This document shows, in pieces, positions 14,845 through 22,890 of a stretch of 38,278 bases of DNA. The position numbers were made by a program, and so were the translations under genes. Every line of letters starts with the position of its first letter. Position 1 is the stretch's first letter. Under the pieces are notes generated by a model that was given only the letters and a program-made list of their open reading frames with translations, made no database searches and was not told the DNA's origin. The stretch covers positions 80,284 through 118,561 of the forward strand of contig CAZABZ010000001.1 of assembly GCA_964483535.1 (NCBI GenBank). The letters run 5' to 3'. The DNA is from an uncultured Planctomycetales bacterium. GTDB taxonomy: Bacteria; Omnitrophota; Gorgyraeia; Zapsychrales; Fredricksoniimonadaceae.

Positions 14845-16848
14845 TTAAAATTTCAGCTTGATTCCGCCTAACATCGTCCTGCCTGGAGCTGAATAATAAA
14901 CCTTGTCTGTGCTTGTTGTGCTCATCACAGTGTAGTCGTTATAGAACTCGTTGAAGAGATTGTCCACACCCACGAATAGCTCCGCCATTTTTAGTTTATA
15001 GGACAACTTAAGATCTGTAATCCAATACTGCTTGTCCCTCGCGGTTTCATTAGTAACGTCATCTATCGCATACTTTTGGCCTGTAAACTTCTCATTAGCG
15101 GTAAATATAAAATGTTTCAAGAACCCTACAGCAACCCCCGCGGTTGCCTGAGTGTTAGGCACCCCTGGTATTGTGCTGTGATTATACGGGCCACCGATAA
15201 AGATAGGATCCTGATAAGTAAAGCTGGTGTTAAACGTCAATTTATCCAACCGGGCCGGCAGCATCTTAAGCAAGTCGGTCTCTTGACTAAACTCAATGCC
15301 TATCCTGCGGGTGTGGCCATAATTGTTGTTGCTTCCAAAGTACACATTATACGGGTCATAGAAAATTTCGTTCTTATTATCCATCCAATACGGGGTTATG
15401 GTCAGAGAGGTAATATCATTCAAATTGTGCTTGATGCCAACCTCATATTGAATACCCGTCTGCTGTTTTAGGTTTGTATTCAACCCGGTGTATGTGCTAT
15501 ACCACTCGTCCGTCGCTAAGAACCGGAATGTTTGTTGCACACTGGCGTGGACATTCGACCCCGGCGCATATTCATACTTCATGCTGGCGCCGCCAACAGG
15601 GGCATTGGCATCCTTAATCGTTTTAAGGTCATTACCTTTATCATTGAACGTATACTGAGCATGCTGGTAGCGATACCCTGCTTCTAAACTCAACTTGTCA
15701 GTGACCCACAAAGTGCTGGTATCATAGGCCCCTAACTCATTCATGGTAACTACCAGATTATCAAAATCCTCTGCCAGGCCTGAACCTCCGCCAAGTATCT
15801 TATTCTGACTATCATAATAATCCACGCCAGCCACCGTCTGAAAATCATGACCGAGAACGACACCCTTATAAACATCCTTGCCTAATATCCCTACTGTTGT
15901 TATATCATACTTCACCGCGGTTGCGCCATAAGGGGCCTCATCAAAATACGCATAAGTGTCCTTATCCCTATACGAAGTATCTAATGATAAATCTCCCAAA
16001 ATCGTCTTATCGTCAACGCCAAGGGAAAACATCTTATCTAAAGTTGATGCGTAATCTTCATTCTGGGGGTATGCTGAGGCTCTCCTGCCTATCGTCGCAA
16101 GATCCTCCGGGGTCAAATCTCCCGGCAGCCCATATTCATCCTGATGCCACACAAGATCAGAATTTACGGTAAGCGCATCGGTAACAGAATAACTAAACTT
16201 GCCGTCGTAATCCTTGGCTAGCATGTTGCTGTTCGCTCTGTACCCATCAGAATCAGCGTACTTCTGATTCATCTGATAAGACAAACCTTTCTGGGAGCCT
16301 CCTACAGACACATCCTCTGTTGATGCGCCATAGCTTCCGCCATCATACTCAACAGCGCCGGATGCGGCTCCACAACCTTTCTTAGTAATAATATTAACAA
16401 CCCCGCCCACCGCATTATCACCATACAAGACTGAGCCGGCACCTCTAATAACCTCAATCCTTTCTATCTCCTCGATGGGGATCTGAGTAAGATCCGGGCC
16501 GGAGATGTCTATGGAATTGACCTTGTGCCCGTCTACAAGAACTAATATATTACTGACTGCGGTATCAGCGAAACCTCGAATATCCGCCTTATCTGTCTTA
16601 ACCTCCCCGTTATTATAAATATGCACTCCCACGCTGCTATCGAGCAACTCACCCACATTTTGAGCGCCGGAATCCTGGATCTCCTGCTGAGAAATAATTG
16701 TTACATCCGACGGGGCCCTTGTCTCTTCAATCAAAGCTCTGTCTGGAGTGATGACTATAGGTTCAAGAGTTGAAACATATTGATTGTCCCCATACGCCCA
16801 TCCTGCAGCTACAACCATCAATAAACTTACCAGTAATACATCCTTCAT
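14845..16848 (-). CDS. TonB-dependent outer-membrane receptor, BtuB-like by context
   Basis: Signal peptide, TonB-box-like EPIVITP, plug-domain motifs (DIRGF, IERIEVIRGAGSVLYG), a long beta-barrel region and a C-terminal aromatic residue (KLKF). A cobalamin riboswitch lies immediately upstream. Confidence 0.85.
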   Translation of the reverse strand: MKDVLLVSLLMVVAAGWAYGDNQYVSTLEPIVITPDRALIEETRAPSDVTIISQQEIQDSGAQNVGELLDSSVGVHIYNNGEVKTDKADIRGFADTAVSNILVLVDGHKVNSIDISGPDLTQIPIEEIERIEVIRGAGSVLYGDNAVGGVVNIITKKGCGAASGAVEYDGGSYGASTEDVSVGGSQKGLSYQMNQKYADSDGYRANSNMLAKDYDGKFSYSVTDALTVNSDLVWHQDEYGLPGDLTPEDLATIGRRASAYPQNEDYASTLDKMFSLGVDDKTILGDLSLDTSYRDKDTYAYFDEAPYGATAVKYDITTVGILGKDVYKGVVLGHDFQTVAGVDYYDSQNKILGGGSGLAEDFDNLVVTMNELGAYDTSTLWVTDKLSLEAGYRYQHAQYTFNDKGNDLKTIKDANAPVGGASMKYEYAPGSNVHASVQQTFRFLATDEWYSTYTGLNTNLKQQTGIQYEVGIKHNLNDITSLTITPYWMDNKNEIFYDPYNVYFGSNNNYGHTRRIGIEFSQETDLLKMLPARLDKLTFNTSFTYQDPIFIGGPYNHSTIPGVPNTQATAGVAVGFLKHFIFTANEKFTGQKYAIDDVTNETARDKQYWITDLKLSYKLKMAELFVGVDNLFNEFYNDYTVMSTTSTDKVYYSAPGRTMLGGIKLKF

Positions 16849-16880
16849 TTCTTCTCTCCTGAAGGGGGCCGTTTTCTTCT

Positions 16881-16927
16881 TATAAACAAAACACCCTCAA
16901 TCATCTACTGACGATTGAGGGTGTTTT
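16881..16927 (-). terminator. Intrinsic terminator acting as the riboswitch expression platform
   Basis: The minus-strand RNA folds as AAAACACCCUCAAUC-(10 nt)-GAUUGAGGGUGUUUU followed by GUUUAU. It lies between the aptamer and the AGGAGAG SD of the receptor gene. Confidence 0.7.
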
Positions 16928-16990
16928 CCCGCAACATGTCTCAATATATACGCTTCCTGACTTGTTCTCACGCAGGCATTCAGCTTTTAA

Positions 16991-17075
16991 ATACCGTTAG
17001 GTGTTCGGACTTCCCCCAAGGGAGTTACCGCAGCGGGACTGTTCTCGATTCACACGAGATTTCCCTAACTGGTAT
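16991..17075 (-). promoter_or_regulatory. Cobalamin riboswitch aptamer (compact form with a minimal P6 region)
   Basis: The minus strand reads UUAGGGAAAUCUCGUGUGAAUCGAGAACAGUCCCGCUGCGGUAAC...GGGGGAAGUCCGAACACCUAACGG. This parallels the E. coli btuB leader core (UAGGGAAUCCAGUGCGAAUCUGGAGCUGACGCGCAGCGGUAAGG ... GAAGAC-CUGCCGG B12 box). P1 forms from AUACCAGUUAGG and CCUAACGGUAU. Confidence 0.8.
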
Positions 17076-17083
17076 GTGTTTTT

Positions 17084-17623
17084 TTAAAAAAATCGCGCCA
17101 AAACTGTACCTTGGCTGCGTTTTAATAGCCATTCATAACCAGCGTAAAAGACCAAACTATACACCATAGTGCTGACTAATGTGCTTCTAAAAAAAGGAAT
17201 TGCCAAAATATAACATTGCCGCAACCCATCCATCGTATGCGGATATAAAGTCAGCCACGCACCGCCATTGGTTACAATGAAAAAAATCACGGCCGAGGCA
17301 AAGCTGGAGCCTAACACAGTTAGAAAATTCTTTCTCTTTTTGAGCCAAAGCCCAAAAATACTGATCAACACAATACTTCCCCACGTAAAGAACATCATAC
17401 TATGAAAACCGATAATAAAATCACTGATAACCATCAATGCCAACGGCACAAGCACGGCTTGACGGCCTTTAAGGTACATGCCACCGAATAAAGCCAGACT
17501 TAATACCGGCGTAAAATTAAAGGTATGCACTATAACGCGGGAGAGAATGCCAAAACTAATAATGATTAAGGCCAACATAAATTTTATTATAAATGAATCG
17601 TACGTGAAGTCAACCGCGAACAA
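17084..17623 (-). CDS. Small polytopic membrane protein (179 aa), family uncertain; possibly vitamin-transporter-like
   Basis: About 5-6 hydrophobic helices. The NFTPVLSLALFGG motif recalls an uncharacterised bacterial membrane family, recalled from memory and unverified. It lacks the prepilin-peptidase motifs (no GxGDxK). It starts 7 nt after the DUF192 gene and ends 8 nt before the riboswitch P1. Confidence 0.4.
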   Translation of the reverse strand: MFAVDFTYDSFIIKFMLALIIISFGILSRVIVHTFNFTPVLSLALFGGMYLKGRQAVLVPLALMVISDFIIGFHSMMFFTWGSIVLISIFGLWLKKRKNFLTVLGSSFASAVIFFIVTNGGAWLTLYPHTMDGLRQCYILAIPFFRSTLVSTMVYSLVFYAGYEWLLKRSQGTVLARFF

Positions 17624-17630
17624 GACGTGT

Positions 17631-17981
17631 TTATATAGAAGGGTGCTGAATTTGTACCTGGTCCCCTATTTGTGTTTTGGAGGCGGCAATGGTGCTTGAA
17701 GGTACTTCAATGGCATAGGAGGCTTTAAAAAATACCGGAGACAGACAAAAAGGTTTAATTCTCTCACAAAGGCCAATCACTTTATTGTGGCGGTCACAAA
17801 AAATCACATCAATGGAAAATTTCATAAAAAACATATGGATGGATTGGCAGTGCGTTATGATTAAGGCCTCGCCAAGAGGCAAGTCCTTGACCCCAAGCAA
17901 CCCCTTCATTCTAGCCCAAGGATTTTGGGCAATTGCAACATTGGAAGCAATAGTGGTGTCGCGGGTAAGATTTAAAATCAT
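17631..17981 (-). CDS. DUF192 (COG1430) family protein
   Basis: 116 aa with ARMKGLLG, LIITHCQSIHMFFMKFSIDVIF and SYAIEVP segments, typical of DUF192. Confidence 0.65.
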   Translation of the reverse strand: MILNLTRDTTIASNVAIAQNPWARMKGLLGVKDLPLGEALIITHCQSIHMFFMKFSIDVIFCDRHNKVIGLCERIKPFCLSPVFFKASYAIEVPSSTIAASKTQIGDQVQIQHPSI

Positions 17982-17999
17982 GATGTTTTAGATTAGACT

Positions 18000-20162
18000 T
18001 TATGCGCTGACGTGCGTTTCAAAAATAGTTTTGCTAAGCGGTATGCCACGGGTGGCAAAATCCTCAAAACACTTAGGAATATACCCGGTGGCCGCGTATT
18101 CTCCCATGATCTGCCCTTCAGCATTCACGCCCTTATGAACAAACGTAAACACGTCCTTGACCTCAGGCAAGTTGTCGACCATCCGGCCCGTTAGCTCGGA
18201 GATCGCGGTGATCTTGCGTGACCCATCGGAAAAACGGTTGATTTGAACAATAATATTAATCGCTGAAGCGGCCATTTCATAAATGGCGCGCAGCGGCAAC
18301 TCAATCCCTGAAAGTAAAACCATCGACGACATACGTGAAAGCGTGTCCCGTGGCGTGTTGGCATGCAAGGTGGTCAAGGAGCCGTCATGGCCTGTATTCA
18401 TCGCCTGCAACATATCCAAAACTTCCGGTCCGCGGCACTCGCCGATGATTATCCGGTCCGGGCGCATACGCAAGGTATTGATAAAAAGGTCCCTGATCGT
18501 CACCTTGCCGCGGCCTTCAATGTTAGGCGGACGGCTTTCCAGCCTGGCCCAATGCGTTTTACTCAACCGCAATTCCGCGGCGTCTTCAATGGTAATAATG
18601 CGCTCATTATCCGGAATAAAATGGGAAATGATATTAAGCAGGGTGGTTTTCCCAGCGCCCGTGCCCCCGGAGACAATGATGTTCTTTCGGCCGATGACAC
18701 AGGCATTTAAAAAATCAGCCATGGGCTGTGAGATGCTTTTAAAACGGGTGAGTAAATCTTCCATGGTGTAACGGTCTTGAGAAAATTTGCGCACCGTAAT
18801 CATGGGGCCGTTAAGGGACAACGGCGGGATGATCGCGTTGATGCGCGACCCGTCGGAAAGACGCGCGTCTACCATGGGCGTAGATTCATCCACGCGACGG
18901 CCTAAAGGGGCAATGATCCGGTCAATCGTCGCGCGCAGCTGGTCGTTGGAAATAAATCTTTTATTGGTAAAAAGCAATTTCCCGTTTTTTTCAACAAAAA
19001 TTTCATCTTTATTGTTGACCAGGATGTCTGTGATGCTATCATCGGCCAACAAATCTTCCAGGGGGCCAAGCCCCAAGGCCTCATTGACGATTTCCTTGAC
19101 TAAACGGGCCCTCTCCTCATGGCTTGAAAGAAACGTTCCCGATGTTTCCGCCAAAAGCTCCGTGACCACTTTTTGGGCGGCTTTGCGCAGATTGGCCGCC
19201 TGAGAGGGGTCGTTTAAAACGTCCTGCGACATCTTTTGTAAATTCATGCGCTCAACCAAAAGGGCATGCACGGCCCGTTTTACTTTAATGACCTCATCTT
19301 CTTCTTTTTGAAAATCAATCGCTCCTTCAGTAACGTTTGGCGTAATGCCGAATTTCTCCCAGAACGCGTCACTTTTTTTAGAAGTGTTGTCGCTGGCGCG
19401 CACTTTAATGACGTCACTGCCCCGCACGTAAAGGCTTTCATCATTCAAACTATCGGCGATCGTAAAAAAGCTCTCTGATACCTTTGCTTTGGGACTGTCT
19501 ATGACACAGGGCACGCCGCGATTTAAAGCGCCCCCCACTGTCTTGCCGTCCGAAGGGATCAAAGCAAAAACTTCACAGGCCAGGGCATTCTTGACTTCCT
19601 GCCAGGCAACGCCGCCACGGCTTTCAGCCCGGTTTAAAATCAAACGGACCATCTTTAAAGGAAAATGCAGGCTCGAAAGAATTTCCATGCTGGTTTTTAC
19701 CTGATATACCGCCAGGATGTCAGGAGTGCTTACCAATAAAATCAGGTTGGAGGCGTCCAGGATGCTGATGAAAATCTCGCTAAAGGAGCTCCCTCCGTCG
19801 ACGATGATATATTCATATTGGCTGGATGCTTTTTTAAAAAACAAACGTAAATTATCCGAGGTGACGTGCCCGATTTGCCGCGGGGATGTAACGCCAGGTA
19901 AAAAATGCAGTCCGCTGCTGTGGGTGACGACGTATTTTTTAATCGCGTCGGGTGAATTTTCCATGTCCGCCAAAATATCGACTAAGCAATGCGTTGGCGG
20001 CAAATTAAGCATCCTCGCCATGTCCTGGCTGGCCTGCAAGTTTAAATCCACAATCAGTACCCGCTTGCCCCTCAAGGCTAATGCGCAGGCAATATTAACC
20101 CCAATAAAGGTCTTGCCCACCCCGCCTTTATTGCTGAATACTGTAATGACTTTAGCTAACAT
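18000..20162 (-). CDS. Fused CpaE/TadZ-like (ParA/MinD-type) ATPase and CpaF/TadA secretion ATPase
   Basis: The N-terminus carries a deviant Walker A (SNKGGVGKT). The C-terminal half carries T2SS-E/VirB11-type motifs (GGTGAGKTTLLN Walker A, IITIEDAAEL, RPDRIIIGECRG, TGHDGSLTTLHAN). Confidence 0.85.
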   Translation of the reverse strand: MLAKVITVFSNKGGVGKTFIGVNIACALALRGKRVLIVDLNLQASQDMARMLNLPPTHCLVDILADMENSPDAIKKYVVTHSSGLHFLPGVTSPRQIGHVTSDNLRLFFKKASSQYEYIIVDGGSSFSEIFISILDASNLILLVSTPDILAVYQVKTSMEILSSLHFPLKMVRLILNRAESRGGVAWQEVKNALACEVFALIPSDGKTVGGALNRGVPCVIDSPKAKVSESFFTIADSLNDESLYVRGSDVIKVRASDNTSKKSDAFWEKFGITPNVTEGAIDFQKEEDEVIKVKRAVHALLVERMNLQKMSQDVLNDPSQAANLRKAAQKVVTELLAETSGTFLSSHEERARLVKEIVNEALGLGPLEDLLADDSITDILVNNKDEIFVEKNGKLLFTNKRFISNDQLRATIDRIIAPLGRRVDESTPMVDARLSDGSRINAIIPPLSLNGPMITVRKFSQDRYTMEDLLTRFKSISQPMADFLNACVIGRKNIIVSGGTGAGKTTLLNIISHFIPDNERIITIEDAAELRLSKTHWARLESRPPNIEGRGKVTIRDLFINTLRMRPDRIIIGECRGPEVLDMLQAMNTGHDGSLTTLHANTPRDTLSRMSSMVLLSGIELPLRAIYEMAASAINIIVQINRFSDGSRKITAISELTGRMVDNLPEVKDVFTFVHKGVNAEGQIMGEYAATGYIPKCFEDFATRGIPLSKTIFETHVSA

Positions 20163-20228
20163 ATTTTTTCATCTTACCATGTTTTTTAATTTTGTCACTG
20201 ATGATTTGATGGGATAAAGACGGATTTT

Positions 20229-21980
20229 TTAATACGAAGCAATGACTTTCTCCGCAGGTGCTTGGGCGCTCCCCGCAATGAGATTGTTGTAAACGATGGG
20301 AATCGTAAAAACAATGCCTTCCTGGTCCATCCCCGTCGTAAAAGCATCAAAAGGAGCGGCTGTTTTGGCGGCTTGCATAGCGTCTTGGTCTAAAATATAA
20401 TTCCCTGAGGATTCCATCACCTCTGCCGAATCCAATGACCCGTTTTTAAGTATGCGCAGTTTCAATTTAACAGTGCCTGCCAAGGCAACGCCACCTGCCC
20501 CTACCGCGTTGGGATAGGAAATCGCTTTGGAGATTTTTTCCTGGACCATGCGCGCGTAAGCCGTCATCACCGGAAGATATTCCGGTTGAACTTTGTTGAC
20601 ATCAACGGAGGGTCCCTTTGCAACCGGCCAAGACGAAGACAGAGGCTCATGTTCATACTTCGCGCTAATTTCTTTCCAAGAATCACGCTCCAAGGGTGTC
20701 GGCATCACCAATTGATTGTCCGCGAATTTCTTATCTGTAAGCACCGTCGGTGTCAAAATAATCACCATTTCTGTATTGGTATCCGGGGCGGGTGTTTGGC
20801 GGTTTCTAAATAAAGCCCCCACGATAGGTATTTTAGATAAAATCGGGATCCCTGTTACTGTCTCGTTGTCGGTATACTTAATCAATCCTGCCAAGGCGAT
20901 GGTCTGTTTATTGTCCATAAACAAATCTGTCGAAGCCGTGCGCGTAATAAAAGCCGTCCCATTTGCTGTTGACGAATTCGACGCGTCAATGTCGCGAATG
21001 TCCACATTGAGCAATATATCGATTTTCCCTTCGCGGATGGTGGGTGTTACCGTTACATTAACACCATATTGTGTATACGTGGTGCTTTGGGTCGATGAAG
21101 TTCCCGTGGCATTGGTAGTCGTGTTGAGAACGGGTATTTCCCCTCCCACCAGAAAGCTTGCTTGCTTGCCGTTGAGGGCCACTAAGCGAGGCTTGGAAAT
21201 AAGCCGGGCCTTGCCTTCCTGAATAAAGGCATTAATCGTGGCCTGTAATGGGGTCCGGGCAAAACCGCCTACCTTAAAAAAGTCCTTGAACTTGCCGTTC
21301 CCGTTAGTGGAAGGAAGATTTTCAGTTTCAGTCGTCAGTCCGGGAGTGGTGCTGGTACTACCGCTGCCCGTAGAAGCAGTGACTGAGCTCCCCCACAAGA
21401 TCCCTAAATCTTTCTCAAAGGATGTGCTGATTTCAACAATCTGCATATCCACTTGAATCAAATCTTCGTTCTTTTCTTCTTTGACCAAGTTCAACAAATT
21501 ATCGTTATACGGTTGCAAAATATTCTCCAGACGACTCTTGTCCTCTTTGGACACTGCCCCCGAAACCACCACCTTGCCTTCATTCAGATTTTCCTCCAAA
21601 GAGACGTCCGTAATATTCGCTTCATTCAAAAGTTTTTGCACACGGGCCTTCACGACGCTTAAATCTTCACTGACCACGCGCACTTTAACGCTGCGCTTGC
21701 CGCCGGCGTCCCATAAAAATAAAACAGTCTCTCCGGATTTCTTGGCTAAAACAGAAACTTTATCGCTTTGGGCATCTGAAATATCCGCTATGTCCGGGTT
21801 GGTCACTGAAACGCGGGTCAAACTGTTGACCGGAACCGTTTCAATATCACCGGTGACCATGTTAATGACATCGCCCGCCTGCGATGTGTTTTCATCGGCA
21901 AAGGGGCGCGGCATTAAAAACATGGTCAATCCAAAACCTAATGCGATAATAAAAATTTTATTTAAAAAAGCACGTTTCAT
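20229..21980 (-). CDS. CpaC/RcpA-type secretin with an appended TonB C-terminal-like domain
   Basis: Signal peptide, a pilus N-terminal region (TRVSVTNPDIADIS...VLAKKSGETVLFLWD), and a secretin core (LISKPRLVALNGKQASFLVGGEIPV ... IPILSKIPIVGALFRN). The last 110 aa or so fit the TonB_C pattern (ISYPNAV...LAGTVKLKLRILKNGSLDSAEVMESSGNYILDQDAMQAAKTAAPFDAF...FTIPIVY). Confidence 0.8.
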   Translation of the reverse strand: MKRAFLNKIFIIALGFGLTMFLMPRPFADENTSQAGDVINMVTGDIETVPVNSLTRVSVTNPDIADISDAQSDKVSVLAKKSGETVLFLWDAGGKRSVKVRVVSEDLSVVKARVQKLLNEANITDVSLEENLNEGKVVVSGAVSKEDKSRLENILQPYNDNLLNLVKEEKNEDLIQVDMQIVEISTSFEKDLGILWGSSVTASTGSGSTSTTPGLTTETENLPSTNGNGKFKDFFKVGGFARTPLQATINAFIQEGKARLISKPRLVALNGKQASFLVGGEIPVLNTTTNATGTSSTQSTTYTQYGVNVTVTPTIREGKIDILLNVDIRDIDASNSSTANGTAFITRTASTDLFMDNKQTIALAGLIKYTDNETVTGIPILSKIPIVGALFRNRQTPAPDTNTEMVIILTPTVLTDKKFADNQLVMPTPLERDSWKEISAKYEHEPLSSSWPVAKGPSVDVNKVQPEYLPVMTAYARMVQEKISKAISYPNAVGAGGVALAGTVKLKLRILKNGSLDSAEVMESSGNYILDQDAMQAAKTAAPFDAFTTGMDQEGIVFTIPIVYNNLIAGSAQAPAEKVIASY

Positions 21981-21983
21981 TAA

Positions 21984-22823
21984 TTAGAGTTCCTTGCCGC
22001 CTCTGAAGATTTGAATGCTCGGTTTATTCCCCACGGGCTTGCTTGCGGCTGCCCCGTCTGGATTTTGAATATCAAGCCCCTGATTGGCCAAAACATAGTC
22101 TGCCAAAGTTTTCCACGTGTCTGCTTTGACCTTTTGGTGCCCGCTTTCATCCGGAGAACGCAACGCCAATTCCAAGATCCCATTCTTATTAGCAAAGGCC
22201 AAAAGCCCTGCTTCTTGCGGGTCAACCGCAACAGTGATTTTTAAAAAGCTCTCCGCCTGCTGCTCATCATAAGCGCCGGGGTCGTCTTCATTGGTATTAA
22301 TGGCCAAAACCTGCAGGCCCTGAAAAATCATGGCAGTCACGGTTTTCTTATCTGCGGACTGGAAAGGAACATTAAGTTCAGCTATCACATCCACAAAATC
22401 TCCGGGATTGAGCAATCCGCCTACGGCGGCTAATGAATCGATCTTAACCGTTATCGCGCGTTTACCCACCGGTGTTTTTAACGCCAATGAAGGTTTGCGG
22501 ACTTTTTGTACTTGAGCGGCTTGCTGCATCCGGGCCGCTTCCTGTTGGCTCTCCTTCAAGGCGGCCATTTGCTTTTGCATAGCCTCAGCCTGTTGGCTTT
22601 TAACGCGTTCTAATTCCTGCGCCAAAGCGGCCATTTGCTGGTCGCTCCTCTGCTGGATCTGGGCGGCCATCTCCTTTTGCTTGACATCGTACTGTTCCGC
22701 TAAAGACGAGGTCTGTCCTTCGATGCTGCTTTTGACATAATTACTGGTCAAAATCACCGCGATAATCCCGGCAGCTACCGCGCCGACAATAATCAAAAGT
22801 TGTTTTTTGTTTTCAAGGGGCAA
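21984..22823 (-). CDS. CpaB/RcpC-like pilus assembly protein with a Gln/Ala/Met-rich coiled-coil segment; TTG start
   Basis: N-terminal TM helix, a coiled-coil-like stretch of about 70 aa, then the RcpC-type segment GKRAITVKIDSLAAVGGLLNPGDFVDVIAEL. AGGAGGG lies 5 nt upstream of the TTG start. Confidence 0.7.
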   Translation of the reverse strand: MPLENKKQLLIIVGAVAAGIIAVILTSNYVKSSIEGQTSSLAEQYDVKQKEMAAQIQQRSDQQMAALAQELERVKSQQAEAMQKQMAALKESQQEAARMQQAAQVQKVRKPSLALKTPVGKRAITVKIDSLAAVGGLLNPGDFVDVIAELNVPFQSADKKTVTAMIFQGLQVLAINTNEDDPGAYDEQQAESFLKITVAVDPQEAGLLAFANKNGILELALRSPDESGHQKVKADTWKTLADYVLANQGLDIQNPDGAAASKPVGNKPSIQIFRGGKEL

Positions 22824-22890
22824 GATTCCCTCCTAATTTATACTGCGCGTTCTTGACACAACTTCGCGATGCCGCAGGCATTGGGCCTTT

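Noticed and set aside
17084-17623. Candidate for the missing prepilin peptidase (TadV/CpaA), based on size and polytopic topology
   Set aside because: It lacks the two catalytic Asp contexts of A24 peptidases (no GxGDxK-type motif), and its helix pattern differs.
21980-22231. 83-aa minus-strand ORF overlapping the 3' part of the cpaB-like gene in another frame
   Set aside because: It is entirely nested in the cpaB-like gene, Arg/Trp/Lys-rich as alternative-frame products typically are, and has no independent translation signals.
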